57,279 nt of DNA from a virus (lineage: Duplodnaviria; Caudoviricetes): the IMG/VR virus record IMGVR_UViG_3300021963_006667, positions 1 through 57,279 of that record; one strand, 5' to 3'. The notes beneath the pieces are model-generated. The model saw only the letters and a program-made list of their open reading frames with translations, was not told the DNA's origin and made no database searches. The first letter of the stretch is position 1. Every line of letters begins with the position of its first letter. Positions 18,837 to 29,706 of the stretch are shown here, piece by piece. Position numbers and translations under genes: made by a program.

Positions 18837-21749
18837 ATGTCAAAGAAATTAGTAGCAGATTATGTTTACGCTCCTGCCGGTGCTGGTGCGGGTACGATCA
18901 AGATTCCGGGTCGTTATTCACTCGAAAAGATTTTGTTGATCACAAATGTCACCAAAAACCAAGTGGTCTATAACTTTGCAGATGCACAGTACAGCGGAAC
19001 CACTACAACCTTTACCGCGGCTGATGACACAACGTATTTCCCAACTCTCACTCAGCGTGAAGATGGTTATACGACCATCACCCTTGCAATTAGCACGGCG
19101 ACTCATAGTTCCGGCGATAGACTTCAGATCTTTGTTGAGGATACACAGAAGCATCAACGCACAAAGCCTTGGGACTTTGGTACCGATGCGATCGAAAGAA
19201 CCCGTGTATCGAACCCAGAATCACTCATCGACGCCGACTTTGAATATGGTCTTCAGCCAACAAAGTGGGCAGGTTACGGTACCGTTCGTGGTTATCCATC
19301 TTCATACGAACTTCCTGGTATCGACCTTACGGTTACGGCGATCACCACCGACTTTAACGTGACAAGTACGACCAATAGTTTGATCACCGTTACAACAAGT
19401 GCGGTACATGGTATTACTGTTGGTCAGGTAATTAACTTGTCTGGATTGAATTCTGGTATCGCAGGATTTAGTAGAGCCGACGGTACTTACATCGTTAACA
19501 GCGTTCCGACCACATCTACGCTTACATACTTTGCGCGTGGTATCGTTGGTGTGTCGAACGGACAGAGCTTGCTTACCGACACTACGTTGATCAAAAAGGG
19601 CGACATTTATAGCGGCGCGTCTATTACGGTTTCTTCGGCAACGAGTAACGGCGCAAACCCATCGGTTATCACGCTCAACTTTACAAATCCACATGGTCTC
19701 ATTCCCGGAACAGCCATCCACTCTATAGTTGCTTCTGGTACGAACGCTGCACTTGCCTCAGGCCCGTTTGTTATTACTAGCGTGCCTTCACTCACCTCCT
19801 TAACGTACCTTGCTAGGGCAGGCGGTATCGTAGCAACCCCTGCCACCGTTACCCTTTACGCTATGTCAAACGCTACGATTCTTCATAGACCCGCAGACGG
19901 CGGAGTTATCCTTTCGACGAAAACTCCAACGTATGGTTCTTCAGTTATTCGTCAAAGTAAGAAGTATTTCCGCTATCAGTCCGGTAAAGGATTCCTTTGG
20001 TCGACCGGTACCTTATTCAAACCAAACTATGACGTGCGTTCAGTGACGGCAAGCGGCACGACCGTCGGTTCGACCATAACTATTACGACCGATGACATAG
20101 ATCATGGCCTTCAAGCCGGGGCGGTTATTGAGTTGGCTGGTGTTACTACGAGTGGATATAACGGCACTTATACCGTTGCGTCTATCACAAGCGACTACGA
20201 ATTTACTGTTCTTGCAACAGCTACTTTAGGTGCTACAACTGCTGTTCTAGGCTTAACAGCAACCGCTTATGTTAAGTCGTGGGATGGCGCGGCCGTTCGT
20301 GCGGGCATGTTTGACGATCAGAATGGGTTGTTCTGGGAATTTGATGGCGGCACACTGAGTGTAGTAAAAAGAAACGCCACAACGCAGCTTTCTGGAACAC
20401 TTTCAGTTACACAGAACTCCAATGCTGTAACGGGTTCGAATACCAGATTCACGCAACAGTTAAAAGCTGGTGACAAAATCGTTATTCGCGGTATGACGCA
20501 CTTCATTTCTCAAGTTGTATCTGATACTTCAATTAACGTTACTCCGGACTATCGTGGTATCAACGCATCAGGTGTAAAGGGTAACATTATTCGCGAAGTT
20601 CGCGTTCCGCAATCTCGATTCAATTTGGATAAGATTGATGGTACCGGCGATAGCGGATTTAATATCGATCTAAACAAGATGCAGATGGTTGGCCTGCAGT
20701 ACTCATGGTACGGTGCTGGATTTGTGGACTTTATGGCTCGTGGTCCAGACGGTAACTGGGTCTTTGTCCATCGAATGAAGAACAATAACGTCAACAACGA
20801 AGCGTACATGCGCTCTGGTAACCTTCCAGTTCGGTACTCGATCGAAAATGATAGCCCAGTGACTTCATTGTCCGGTGCAATTACCAACGTGCAAACTACT
20901 ATTCCAGTGACGGACCTATCGTACTTCCCTAGCGCTGGGACGTTGTACATCGATAACGAGATGATCAGTTATACCGGAAAATCCGCAGCGACCGGTGCAG
21001 GAAACTTTACCGGATGTACTCGAGCGGCAACGTTAACGCAGTGGCAATCTGGAACGAGTCAGACTTTCAGCGCTGCCGCTGCAGCGGCACATACCGCTGG
21101 AACGGGCATCATTCTGATCAGTAACACATGTTCTCCTACATTGAGCCACTGGGGTTCTGCGTTGGTTATGGACGGCGGTTTCACGAAGGACCGCGGTTAC
21201 ATCTTCAACTATCAAAGAGTTGGGGTATCACTCACTACGGCGGCGCAAACGGTATTCGTCATTCGTCTGGCACCATCTGTCTCTAACAGCCAAGTTGGAG
21301 CACTCGGTGCAAAAGATCTTCTTAACAGATCACAGTTGTTGCTTCAAGCAGTTGGTGTTTCGGTTTCAGGTGGTACTACTCCGGGTGCGGTTATCGTTGA
21401 AGGAATTCTAAATCCAAAAAACTTTACCGGTGCAACATGGCTCCCACTTAATACTGAAGCTGTCGGTGGTCAACCGAGTTTAGCCCAGGTCGCAACAGCC
21501 GTCACGTATTCTGCTGGTACCGTTGCGATCCCGGGTGAACAGGTATTTGCTTTCGCCGGTCCGTCCACTACAACTGGCGCCGTAAACGACCGCTTAGATC
21601 TTGATGAGTTGAAAGAACTTACAGGTGCTCCACTCGGAGGTGACTTTAAGTACCCAGATGGTTCTGACATCTTGGCAATCAACGTTCGTCTTACCGCTGG
21701 CACTGGTTCAGGTCACATTCTTCTTCGCTGGTCAGAAGCTCAGGCATAA
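18837..21749 (+). CDS. Large virion structural protein (970 aa)
   Basis: Repeated beta modules (HG...G..I.L.G...GTY.V), RVSNPESLIDADFEYGLQ, YFRYQSGKG and YSWYGAG; located in the fibre block. Confidence 0.7.
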   Translation: MSKKLVADYVYAPAGAGAGTIKIPGRYSLEKILLITNVTKNQVVYNFADAQYSGTTTTFTAADDTTYFPTLTQREDGYTTITLAISTATHSSGDRLQIFVEDTQKHQRTKPWDFGTDAIERTRVSNPESLIDADFEYGLQPTKWAGYGTVRGYPSSYELPGIDLTVTAITTDFNVTSTTNSLITVTTSAVHGITVGQVINLSGLNSGIAGFSRADGTYIVNSVPTTSTLTYFARGIVGVSNGQSLLTDTTLIKKGDIYSGASITVSSATSNGANPSVITLNFTNPHGLIPGTAIHSIVASGTNAALASGPFVITSVPSLTSLTYLARAGGIVATPATVTLYAMSNATILHRPADGGVILSTKTPTYGSSVIRQSKKYFRYQSGKGFLWSTGTLFKPNYDVRSVTASGTTVGSTITITTDDIDHGLQAGAVIELAGVTTSGYNGTYTVASITSDYEFTVLATATLGATTAVLGLTATAYVKSWDGAAVRAGMFDDQNGLFWEFDGGTLSVVKRNATTQLSGTLSVTQNSNAVTGSNTRFTQQLKAGDKIVIRGMTHFISQVVSDTSINVTPDYRGINASGVKGNIIREVRVPQSRFNLDKIDGTGDSGFNIDLNKMQMVGLQYSWYGAGFVDFMARGPDGNWVFVHRMKNNNVNNEAYMRSGNLPVRYSIENDSPVTSLSGAITNVQTTIPVTDLSYFPSAGTLYIDNEMISYTGKSAATGAGNFTGCTRAATLTQWQSGTSQTFSAAAAAAHTAGTGIILISNTCSPTLSHWGSALVMDGGFTKDRGYIFNYQRVGVSLTTAAQTVFVIRLAPSVSNSQVGALGAKDLLNRSQLLLQAVGVSVSGGTTPGAVIVEGILNPKNFTGATWLPLNTEAVGGQPSLAQVATAVTYSAGTVAIPGEQVFAFAGPSTTTGAVNDRLDLDELKELTGAPLGGDFKYPDGSDILAINVRLTAGTGSGHILLRWSEAQA

Positions 21750-21758
21750 GGAAAGATC

Positions 21759-22769
21759 ATGGCAACCAAACTTACTACGTTTCTGGCAACGCCTGATACC
21801 GGTGATGCTGCTTCTCACTACTATGTGGAGACCGCCAGTGATAATTTTATTCGACCAAAGACTTTAGCGAACGTTCAAGCCGAAATAGTAACAACAGCGG
21901 TTCTTGGTACGGGTACGGCGAACACCTCGTATTTCCTACGAGGCGATAGAACGTGGAGCAACAATATAACAGGTCCGGTTAGTTTTGGAGGTGTAGCCCC
22001 TTATGCATGGGAAACCGGAAGCCTTGTCGGAGCAATCGACATATCAACTGCTGGTATCTACGGTTCCAGCACAGGTATGCAAATAGCTCAAAACGCTTAT
22101 TGGAACGGCACGAACTGGATTTATAAACGCAGTTTACCTGCAACAGTATACCAACACAATGGTGGAGCGCACATATGGTATACATCCCCAACCGGTACCA
22201 CCGGTGGAACTGCTACCTTTTCTGAAAAACTTCGGATTGATTCGTCTGGAAACGTATTACAGACTAACGTTACGTCTGGAGTCGGTGCTATCGTCGGTGA
22301 ACAGACGTTCCAACTTCCTGCTAACGGTTCAGCAATAGGCGCAATTGCTGACTTTTTTGGATCAACTTCTGCCATATCTTTAGAGGCTTCGTCGATCTAT
22401 CAAATTACGGCTTATTGTGTTTTCTTAAAAACTACTGCAGGCACCGCAACATTTACTATGACCGCATCATCGGCACCAACACGTATGGCTGGAATTTACC
22501 TAGCAACTCCGCTTGGTGGTATTGGTAGCGGATCCCCACAGTGGGGATCAGCGGGTTCACAAGCCGCCACAACCGCAGCGTTTACTACGACTGGTTCACT
22601 TACGACAGCCGTCAACCACGTATTCCAACTTACGATGCAAGTTCAAACCAACCTTGCAACAAACTGGAGACTACAGATAGCATCTGGTACAGGTACTTCA
22701 ACTCCATTAGCTGGTTCATACTACACGGTCAAGAAGATAAGCACCACAACCGGTACATTTGTAGCATAA
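21759..22769 (+). CDS. Tail-fibre-like protein
   Basis: LGTGTANTSYFLRGDRTW and EKLRIDSSGNV fibre motifs. Confidence 0.7.
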   Translation: MATKLTTFLATPDTGDAASHYYVETASDNFIRPKTLANVQAEIVTTAVLGTGTANTSYFLRGDRTWSNNITGPVSFGGVAPYAWETGSLVGAIDISTAGIYGSSTGMQIAQNAYWNGTNWIYKRSLPATVYQHNGGAHIWYTSPTGTTGGTATFSEKLRIDSSGNVLQTNVTSGVGAIVGEQTFQLPANGSAIGAIADFFGSTSAISLEASSIYQITAYCVFLKTTAGTATFTMTASSAPTRMAGIYLATPLGGIGSGSPQWGSAGSQAATTAAFTTTGSLTTAVNHVFQLTMQVQTNLATNWRLQIASGTGTSTPLAGSYYTVKKISTTTGTFVA

Positions 22770-22779
22770 GGAATAACAG

Positions 22780-24429
22780 ATGGCAATTAACTTTCCAAAC
22801 TCACCAGCAACAAATGATACGTTCACCGGGCCAACTGGACTTGAATACATCTTTGATGGTACTAAATGGAGATCGTTTAAACCTACCGAACCGGTCGTAG
22901 GTACATTCAACGCAAACAGTGCGATCAGCCTTTCGGCTGGTGGTACAAACCAAAATATCGTTCTCACTCCGAGCGGAACGGGTGTCCTAACTACTCCAGC
23001 TAGTGTCGGTATTGGGACGACTACTACTGCTTCTGGCAGGGCCATAACTCTTAATAGCGCGTCGAACTATTTCGGTTTAGCGTTACAAGTTTCTGGAAGT
23101 ACTCAGGCACAACTCATACAAGAAGCTACCGGCAGTCTATATATTGATGCCGGCATCACGAATACTTCCGGTGTCATAGCGTTTAGAAATGCTGCAGGTA
23201 CAGAACGTATGCGTATCGCTAACACCGGAAACGTCGGCATTGGAACCACCGCTCCATCTGCATTACTAACTGTTGATGGCGGGATTATCTCAACGATACA
23301 CTACGCTGCTACCCCGCAAATAAGATTTAACTACGCTGCAGGCACTAAAGCGTCACCTACAGCAATTGCATCACAAGTCCCAGTCGGTGCGGTTTACGGT
23401 TTTGGATATGATGGAACTACATTCCGAAACACTTCTGGAATGCTTATGTATTCTGATGGTGCTGTCAGTTCAGTGTCTAGTCCTGGGCTTATACTTTTTG
23501 CAACTACACCATCTGGAGCAACTTCTACTACAGAACGTATGCGTATCACTTCTGCAGGCAACGTAGGCATTGGCACGGGTTCTCCACAAGAAAAACTGGA
23601 TGTGATTGGCAGCGTAAGAATACAAGCTGCAAGCGGAAGCGGTATCCTTAATATACTTCCAGCTTCAGGAACATTCACTTCTGAAATAAGATTACACTCG
23701 GCTTCTAACGGTTTGACGTTTCAGAGGTTGATAAATGATAATGGTCTTTTGACTATGGGTACTTCTGATGCTAACTCAATATCGTTTTTTACAAACAGCG
23801 CTGAACGTGTACGTATTCTCGCTACTGGTCAATTACTTATTGGAGGAAATGCGACAGCATTAACTGCCATTCCTGGTTCATTAGGAAATTCTACCGTATA
23901 TTCCCGTATTGGTATGACTGTGGTAAACGATACCACCACGTTAGGTTACTTCCAAACATACGACTCAAATGCTACAACCGACTTAAAGACTTGGAGACAT
24001 GGTGGTCAGGATAATGGTAGCTATATATTCCAAACCGTTAACGATGCGTATAACTCATCTGCCACACGATTAACTATTAGTGCGACTGGCATTTTATCAG
24101 ACGGTAAAGGCGATGTTCGTGCTGCTCCGATTCAAACTAAAGCTGGTGCATATGTCGTTGTTGCTTCAGACGCTGGGCAAACCATCTACATATCTACCGG
24201 TGGTGTTACCATCAACGCTTCGATTCTTTCAGCCGGCGATATGATCACAATTGTTAATAACTCTGCATCTCCTCAGACTATCACCGCCGGTGCATCTGTA
24301 ACATTCAGATTGGCTGGAACCGCCACAACAGGTAACAGAACTCTTGCACAGTACGGTATGGCAACATTCTTATGTGTGGTTGGTGGTGCAACTCCAACCT
24401 TCCATTGTTCAGGCGCAGGATTAACCTAA
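22780..24429 (+). CDS. Tail-fibre-like protein
   Basis: MAINFPNSP N-terminus; repeated ERMRIxxxGNVGIGT; C-terminal GNRTLAQYGMAT...SGAGLT. Confidence 0.75.
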   Translation: MAINFPNSPATNDTFTGPTGLEYIFDGTKWRSFKPTEPVVGTFNANSAISLSAGGTNQNIVLTPSGTGVLTTPASVGIGTTTTASGRAITLNSASNYFGLALQVSGSTQAQLIQEATGSLYIDAGITNTSGVIAFRNAAGTERMRIANTGNVGIGTTAPSALLTVDGGIISTIHYAATPQIRFNYAAGTKASPTAIASQVPVGAVYGFGYDGTTFRNTSGMLMYSDGAVSSVSSPGLILFATTPSGATSTTERMRITSAGNVGIGTGSPQEKLDVIGSVRIQAASGSGILNILPASGTFTSEIRLHSASNGLTFQRLINDNGLLTMGTSDANSISFFTNSAERVRILATGQLLIGGNATALTAIPGSLGNSTVYSRIGMTVVNDTTTLGYFQTYDSNATTDLKTWRHGGQDNGSYIFQTVNDAYNSSATRLTISATGILSDGKGDVRAAPIQTKAGAYVVVASDAGQTIYISTGGVTINASILSAGDMITIVNNSASPQTITAGASVTFRLAGTATTGNRTLAQYGMATFLCVVGGATPTFHCSGAGLT

Positions 24430-24430
24430 T

Positions 24431-25273
24431 ATGACATTAATGCAAGCATTATTGGGCGGTGGTTCTAGAACCACCGCGACAGGTGGTGTAATCACATCCG
24501 CCACGATCAGTGGTACGGTCTATACCGTACATACCTTCACGACCAACGGAAACTTTGTTGTCACATCAGGCGGCAATGATATTGAATACCTTATGGTCGG
24601 TGGAGGTGGATCTGGTGGCGTCATCAGTACTGCTGGAGGTGGTGGTGGTGCTGGCGGTGTTCTCAACAACACGGGAAGCCCAATCACATTAATACCAGCA
24701 ACGTACCCAGTTGTTGTTGGTGTCGGCGGCGCGGCAAAGGCTGTGGCGGGGGTTGGCAATGATGGTGCAGCATCGACATTTAATGGTCTAAGTGCAACTG
24801 GTGGCGGTGGTGGTGGTGGCGCATCTACCGCTGGTCCAAATCCGGGGCGTGCTGGTGGTTCTGGTGGTGGTGTTGGTAGTTCTACATCTGCTATTGGTGC
24901 TGTTGGTGCTGGTACTGCTGGTCAGGGAAATAATGGTGGTAGCGCACAATCGTCCACACTCGCAGCAAACAGGGGTGGCGGTGGTGGTGGAGGTAAATCA
25001 GCCGTTGGCGTTGCTGGAAACGGCAGTGGTGTTGGCGGTGCTGGTGGTGCTGGTCAGGCTTATACGTTCCAAACAGCTTCTGCTATAACTTATGGCGGTG
25101 GCGGTGGCGGTTCTGGTAACACACAAGGTGCTGGCGGTGCTGGTGGTGGTAGTGCTGGTTCAGCGACAGTCTCTTTGGCTGGAACGGATGGTCTTGGTGG
25201 AGGCTCAGGCGGCGGCAAAACAGGTTGTGGTAAGGGTGGTGATGGCGTTGTCATTATCAGATACCCAACATAA
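24431..25273 (+). CDS. Glycine-rich virion protein (adhesin-like glycine-rich domain)
   Basis: VHTFTTNG...IEYLMVGGGGSGG, many poly-Gly runs, and the ending GGDGVVIIRYP. Confidence 0.75.
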   Translation: MTLMQALLGGGSRTTATGGVITSATISGTVYTVHTFTTNGNFVVTSGGNDIEYLMVGGGGSGGVISTAGGGGGAGGVLNNTGSPITLIPATYPVVVGVGGAAKAVAGVGNDGAASTFNGLSATGGGGGGGASTAGPNPGRAGGSGGGVGSSTSAIGAVGAGTAGQGNNGGSAQSSTLAANRGGGGGGGKSAVGVAGNGSGVGGAGGAGQAYTFQTASAITYGGGGGGSGNTQGAGGAGGGSAGSATVSLAGTDGLGGGSGGGKTGCGKGGDGVVIIRYPT

Positions 25274-25294
25274 CAGTTAGCATATTTCCAGAGA

Positions 25295-25302
25295 CATAAA
25301 TA
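25295..25302 (+). promoter_or_regulatory. Late promoter variant CATAAATA upstream of gp13
   Basis: One mismatch to consensus, intergenic, followed by the AAGGAG RBS. A similar CATAAATA occurs at 17949-17956. Confidence 0.65.
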
Positions 25303-25319
25303 CTCTAAAGGAGAATAAC

Positions 25320-26060
25320 ATGGCCCAACCAACAACACGAGCAGAATTTAAAGAATGGTGCCTACGCAAGTTAGGTAAGCCTGTTATTGAGATCAACGTA
25401 GATCAAGATCAGGTTGAGGATCGTATCGACGAGGCGCTTGCATACTATTGGGACTATCACTTTGATGGCACCGAGAAGATGTACGTGAAGAAGCAGATGA
25501 CCCAACAAGATCTTGACAACGGATACATCACAGTTCCAGAGAACGTTATCGGCGTGGTAAACCTGTTCCCTATCGCCGGTAACCTCACCGGTTCTGGCAT
25601 CTTTAGCGCGACCTATCAATTCGTGTTAAACAACCTACACGACTTCGTTAACTACGACATGATCAACTACTATATGTCGTTCCAGCACCTTGCATTCATG
25701 CAGGAGATCTTGAGCGGACGTCAGCCGATTCGTTACAACCGTAACCAAAACAAGTTGTACATCGACATGACCAAGGACAAGATTAACGCCGGAGAGTACA
25801 TCGTCTACGAGTGCTATCAGGTGGTTGACCCTGCAACATACGCCGATGTATGGAAAGATCGTTGGCTTCAGAACTATGCAACCGCAAAGATCAAGTATCA
25901 GTGGGGCGCAAACCTTACGAAGTTTACCGGCATGAACCTTCCAGGTGGAGTGCAGTTCAACGGTGAAAAGATTCTGAACGACGCAGACGAAGAGATTAAG
26001 AAGATGGAACAGGAGATGCTTTCGAGCTACTCCCTACCAATTACTGACATGATCGGATAA
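25320..26060 (+). CDS. gp13: Neck protein gp13
   Basis: LRKLGKPVIEINV..DQVEDRIDEAL..Y.DYHFDG and KYQWGANLTKF..LPGGV motifs; gene order. Confidence 0.92.
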   Translation: MAQPTTRAEFKEWCLRKLGKPVIEINVDQDQVEDRIDEALAYYWDYHFDGTEKMYVKKQMTQQDLDNGYITVPENVIGVVNLFPIAGNLTGSGIFSATYQFVLNNLHDFVNYDMINYYMSFQHLAFMQEILSGRQPIRYNRNQNKLYIDMTKDKINAGEYIVYECYQVVDPATYADVWKDRWLQNYATAKIKYQWGANLTKFTGMNLPGGVQFNGEKILNDADEEIKKMEQEMLSSYSLPITDMIG

Positions 26061-26065
26061 GTGAA

Positions 26066-26725
26066 TTGGCCACTAACTTTTACTTCAGCAACTTTTCAAA
26101 CTCGATGGAGCAAACTCTCATCGAGGATTTGATCATTGAGAGCATCCGTATCCACGGTCTCGACATGTGGTACATTCCACGCGTGCTTGGTGCCAAGGAT
26201 GACTTGCTGAACGAAGACGACCTTCCCATCTTTAACCACGCCTACCAACTTGAGATGTATGTTAAGAACGTTGAAGGCTTTGGTGGTGACGGCGAGTTCC
26301 TATCCAAGTTTGGTCTACAGATTCGTGACTCAGTTACGTTCTCGGTTGCTATGAGAAGGTTCTCCGAAGACGTTGGAACTTATAGTGAGGAAGTCAGACC
26401 AAACGAAGGTGACCTCATCTATCTCCCACTCAATCGTAAGATCTACGAGGTGATGTTCGTCGATAACAAGCCGATCTTCTATCAACTCGGTGCGCTTCAG
26501 ATGTACGACCTTCGTTGCGAACTGTTTGAGTTCTCGAACGAACGTTTCAACACCGGAGTCGAAGAGATCGATTCTATCACGGCGAAGATCATCACGACAG
26601 CAAACAACACCATGGCTGGAGTTGAATCGCTTGATTTTCTTGCAGACAACCTAACGATTGAAACCGCGGCTGCCGGAATCCTTGACTTCACCGAGGAAAA
26701 CCCATTTGGTGAGGATACCTACTAA
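26066..26725 (+). CDS. gp14: Neck protein gp14
   Basis: EQTLIEDLIIESI, FLSKFGLQIRD, RPNEGDLIY and FYQLG motifs; TTG start. Confidence 0.92.
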   Translation: MATNFYFSNFSNSMEQTLIEDLIIESIRIHGLDMWYIPRVLGAKDDLLNEDDLPIFNHAYQLEMYVKNVEGFGGDGEFLSKFGLQIRDSVTFSVAMRRFSEDVGTYSEEVRPNEGDLIYLPLNRKIYEVMFVDNKPIFYQLGALQMYDLRCELFEFSNERFNTGVEEIDSITAKIITTANNTMAGVESLDFLADNLTIETAAAGILDFTEENPFGEDTY

Positions 26726-27522
26726 TGTTCGGATATTCATTCTACAACCAAACGACAAGAAGATACATAGCTCTTTTTGGCACGCTGTTTAATAACATCT
26801 CAATCGGTCGTTCTAATAATGCCGGTACAGAGCAACAGCGTTTCAAGGTTCCCGTCAACTATGGACCGATGCAGAAGTTCCTATCGAAGATCGAGCAGGA
26901 TCCAGAACTTCAGGCTCAGGCGATTACGCTTCCACGTATCTCGTTCGAGCTTACCGCAATGAACTATGCAGGGGACAGAAAGCTTACCAACCGTACCATG
27001 ACGTCACAGGGAATCCCTGGGACAAACGACTCCGTTCGTACACACTTTACCGCGACCCCTTACGACCTTGAGTTTAACCTTAACATCATGGCGAAGTATG
27101 CAGAAGACGCGACAAAGATCGTCGAGCAAATCCTTCCGTTCTTCAAGCCAGAGTTTACCGTCACCGCAAAGATGATCGACTCAATGAACGAAACCGTTGA
27201 CCTTCCTATCATCTTGAACTCGGTAAGCAGCGAGGACACGTATGAAGGATCGTATGACGAAAGACGAGCGATCATCTGGACGCTTCAGTTCACGCTAAAA
27301 GGTTACTACTATGGACCAACGTCTACGAAGAAGATCATCAAGTTTGTTGATGCAAACCTGTACACCGACACGACCGCCACACGTGCAGTTACCCAAATCA
27401 ACGTTCAACCCGGTTTGACTGCAAACGGCCAACCTACAACCATACTCGCAAACAGTATCCCGTACGCTAACGTTAACATAGACGACGATTGGGCTTATAT
27501 TGTGACCATAGAGGACCTATAA
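26725..27522 (+). CDS. gp15: Tail sheath stabiliser/terminator gp15
   Basis: FY..T.RRYIALFGTLFNNI, VPVNYGP.QKFL and ITLPRISFE motifs. Confidence 0.92.
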   Translation: MFGYSFYNQTTRRYIALFGTLFNNISIGRSNNAGTEQQRFKVPVNYGPMQKFLSKIEQDPELQAQAITLPRISFELTAMNYAGDRKLTNRTMTSQGIPGTNDSVRTHFTATPYDLEFNLNIMAKYAEDATKIVEQILPFFKPEFTVTAKMIDSMNETVDLPIILNSVSSEDTYEGSYDERRAIIWTLQFTLKGYYYGPTSTKKIIKFVDANLYTDTTATRAVTQINVQPGLTANGQPTTILANSIPYANVNIDDDWAYIVTIEDL

Positions 27523-27523
27523 C

Positions 27524-28009
27524 ATGAGTAATGATCAAATAAGCAGATACCTTGGTTTACCGCCAATGGGAGTAATCCCTGATGCTGAAGTAGTTGAAGA
27601 GAAGAAGTCGGTTTCAGTCACGTCCCAGCACATCTCTAAAAACTTAGCGAAACAGTTGCCTAAAGAGCCTGAGACCAGGGTCGAGCAGGCAGAAAACGAT
27701 TACGACTACGCTCGAAAGAACATGTACGACGTGATCGAGAAGGGAACGCAGGCCCTTGAAGAGTTGCTCGGTGTGGCGACTCAATCACAGCACCCACGAG
27801 CTTATGAAGTACTCGCGACTACAATGAAGACCCTCGTCGATGCAAACAAAGAACTCGTCGGCCTTTCGAAGAAGAAGGTCGAAGAAGAAAAGCTTAATGA
27901 TGAACCTCAGACGAGATCTGGCGGTGTGACAAATAACAACCTATTCGTAGGCACAACGCATGATCTGCTGAAGGTTTTAGCAGACATGAGGAAAAATGCA
28001 AACTCCTAA
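27524..28009 (+). CDS. gp16: Terminase small subunit gp16
   Basis: DYDYARKN, HPRAYEV and NNNLFVGTT motifs. Confidence 0.92.
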   Translation: MSNDQISRYLGLPPMGVIPDAEVVEEKKSVSVTSQHISKNLAKQLPKEPETRVEQAENDYDYARKNMYDVIEKGTQALEELLGVATQSQHPRAYEVLATTMKTLVDANKELVGLSKKKVEEEKLNDEPQTRSGGVTNNNLFVGTTHDLLKVLADMRKNANS

Positions 28010-29639
28010 TAACGAACCCGAAAAGCAGAAGGGTTACCTAGGTAACAACCTTCTCAAACGTATCGGACAAGAACAAAATTGGACCACGGAACAGTTGTCA
28101 GAGATGGCAAAGTGTATGATGGATCCGATCTACTTCGCAGAGACGTACATCAAGATCGTTCACGTTGACCGTGGACTCATCAAGATGGAGATGTATGACT
28201 ACCAAAAAGACATCGCCACAAAGATTTTCAACAACCGCCGTGTTGCTGTCCTGACCGCTCGTCAGGCAGGTAAAACCACGACCGCGGTTGCGATCATCTT
28301 ACACTACGTTATCTTCAATGAACATAAAAACGTTGGCATCCTTTCAAACAAAGGTGAAGGCTCAAAGGAAGTTCTTGAGCGTATCAAACTTGCATACGAA
28401 AATCTACCAAAGTGGATGCAACACGGCATCCTAGAGTGGAACAAGAACTCCATCGAACTTGAGAACGGCTGTAAGATCTATGCAGGAACGACCACGTCTA
28501 GCTCGATCCGTGGTAAGTCTATCGCATTCCTTTACATCGACGAGTGTGCGTTTGTTGAAGGATACGACGACTTCTTCGCCTCCGTGTATCCTACCCTTTC
28601 GTCTGGTGAAGAGACCAAGCTACTCATGACTTCCACGCCAAACGGTCTTAACCACTTCTTTAAGATATGTGAAGGGGCAAAGCAAGGAACGAACGGATAC
28701 CAATATGTCGAGGTGACATGGGACAAGGTTCCTGGTCGTGGACCATCTTGGAAACAGGAAACCCTCGAGGCACTCAACTTCGATACCGAGAAGTTTGCCC
28801 AGGAATACGAGGCACAGTTCCTCGGATCGTCTGGTACTCTTATCGACGGTGCGACCCTGAAGATGTTGCAGTCTTCGTTCAAAACTCCTCTTCATGAAGG
28901 TCAAGGCTTGAGTGTCTATGAGACACCGCAGAAGGGAAGAACCTACGTGGCCGTGGCCGACGTGTCCAGGGGAAAGGGTCTTGACTATTCGGCATTCCAT
29001 ATCTTTGACGTGAGTCAGATGCCTTACAAGCAGGTCGCGACTTACCGAAACAACTTGGTTACTCCGGTCGACTATGCCGACATCATCTATAGGACTACGA
29101 AGTCTTACAACGACGCGTACATCCTTGTAGAGATCAACGATATTGGTGGACAGGTTTCAGACACCTTGCACTTTGAGTTTGAGGTCGAGACCTTGTTATA
29201 TACCGAGTCCGCGGGTAGGTCCGGTAAACGAATCTCCGGTGGTTTTGGTTCAAACGCAGACAAAGGGATCCGAACCACGAAGCAGGTAAAGGCTGTTGGT
29301 TGTTCAATCCTTAAACTACTTCTTGAACAGAAACAGTTGGTGCTTTCCGACTTCAACACTATTAACGAGTTGTCCACTTTCTCTAAAAGAGGCGTATCTT
29401 ATGAGGCTGAATCTGGATGCCACGACGACCTTGTGATGTGTCTTGTGTTGTTCGCGTGGTTAAGCACACAGACGTTCTTCAAAGACATCACCGATATTAA
29501 CACGATGATGAGGTTAAGGGAGAAGACCGACTCGGAGATTATGGAAGATTTGCTTCCGTTTGGATTAACGTACGACGACATTGAGACTTTTGAGCCCGCG
29601 TATATTCCGAGGCAAGACGGTTGGTTAAACGATTGGTAA
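27996..29639 (+). CDS. gp17: Terminase large subunit gp17
   Basis: Walker A RQAGKTT, Walker B YIDE, STPNG, nuclease motifs DVSRGKGLDYS and HDDLVM. Confidence 0.96.
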   Translation: MQTPNNEPEKQKGYLGNNLLKRIGQEQNWTTEQLSEMAKCMMDPIYFAETYIKIVHVDRGLIKMEMYDYQKDIATKIFNNRRVAVLTARQAGKTTTAVAIILHYVIFNEHKNVGILSNKGEGSKEVLERIKLAYENLPKWMQHGILEWNKNSIELENGCKIYAGTTTSSSIRGKSIAFLYIDECAFVEGYDDFFASVYPTLSSGEETKLLMTSTPNGLNHFFKICEGAKQGTNGYQYVEVTWDKVPGRGPSWKQETLEALNFDTEKFAQEYEAQFLGSSGTLIDGATLKMLQSSFKTPLHEGQGLSVYETPQKGRTYVAVADVSRGKGLDYSAFHIFDVSQMPYKQVATYRNNLVTPVDYADIIYRTTKSYNDAYILVEINDIGGQVSDTLHFEFEVETLLYTESAGRSGKRISGGFGSNADKGIRTTKQVKAVGCSILKLLLEQKQLVLSDFNTINELSTFSKRGVSYEAESGCHDDLVMCLVLFAWLSTQTFFKDITDINTMMRLREKTDSEIMEDLLPFGLTYDDIETFEPAYIPRQDGWLNDW

Positions 29640-29649
29640 TTGTCTTTCT

Positions 29650-29657
29650 TATAAATA
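29650..29657 (+). promoter_or_regulatory. T4-type late promoter TATAAATA (gp18)
   Basis: Exact consensus, intergenic. Confidence 0.85.
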
Positions 29658-29706
29658 AAAGGAAGAAGTTACACGAAATAATGCTCATAAAAGGAGATAA
29701 CCAACC

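Noticed and set aside
24431-25273. GGT-rich low-complexity stretch as a non-coding repeat
   Set aside because: It simply encodes the polyglycine runs of the glycine-rich protein.
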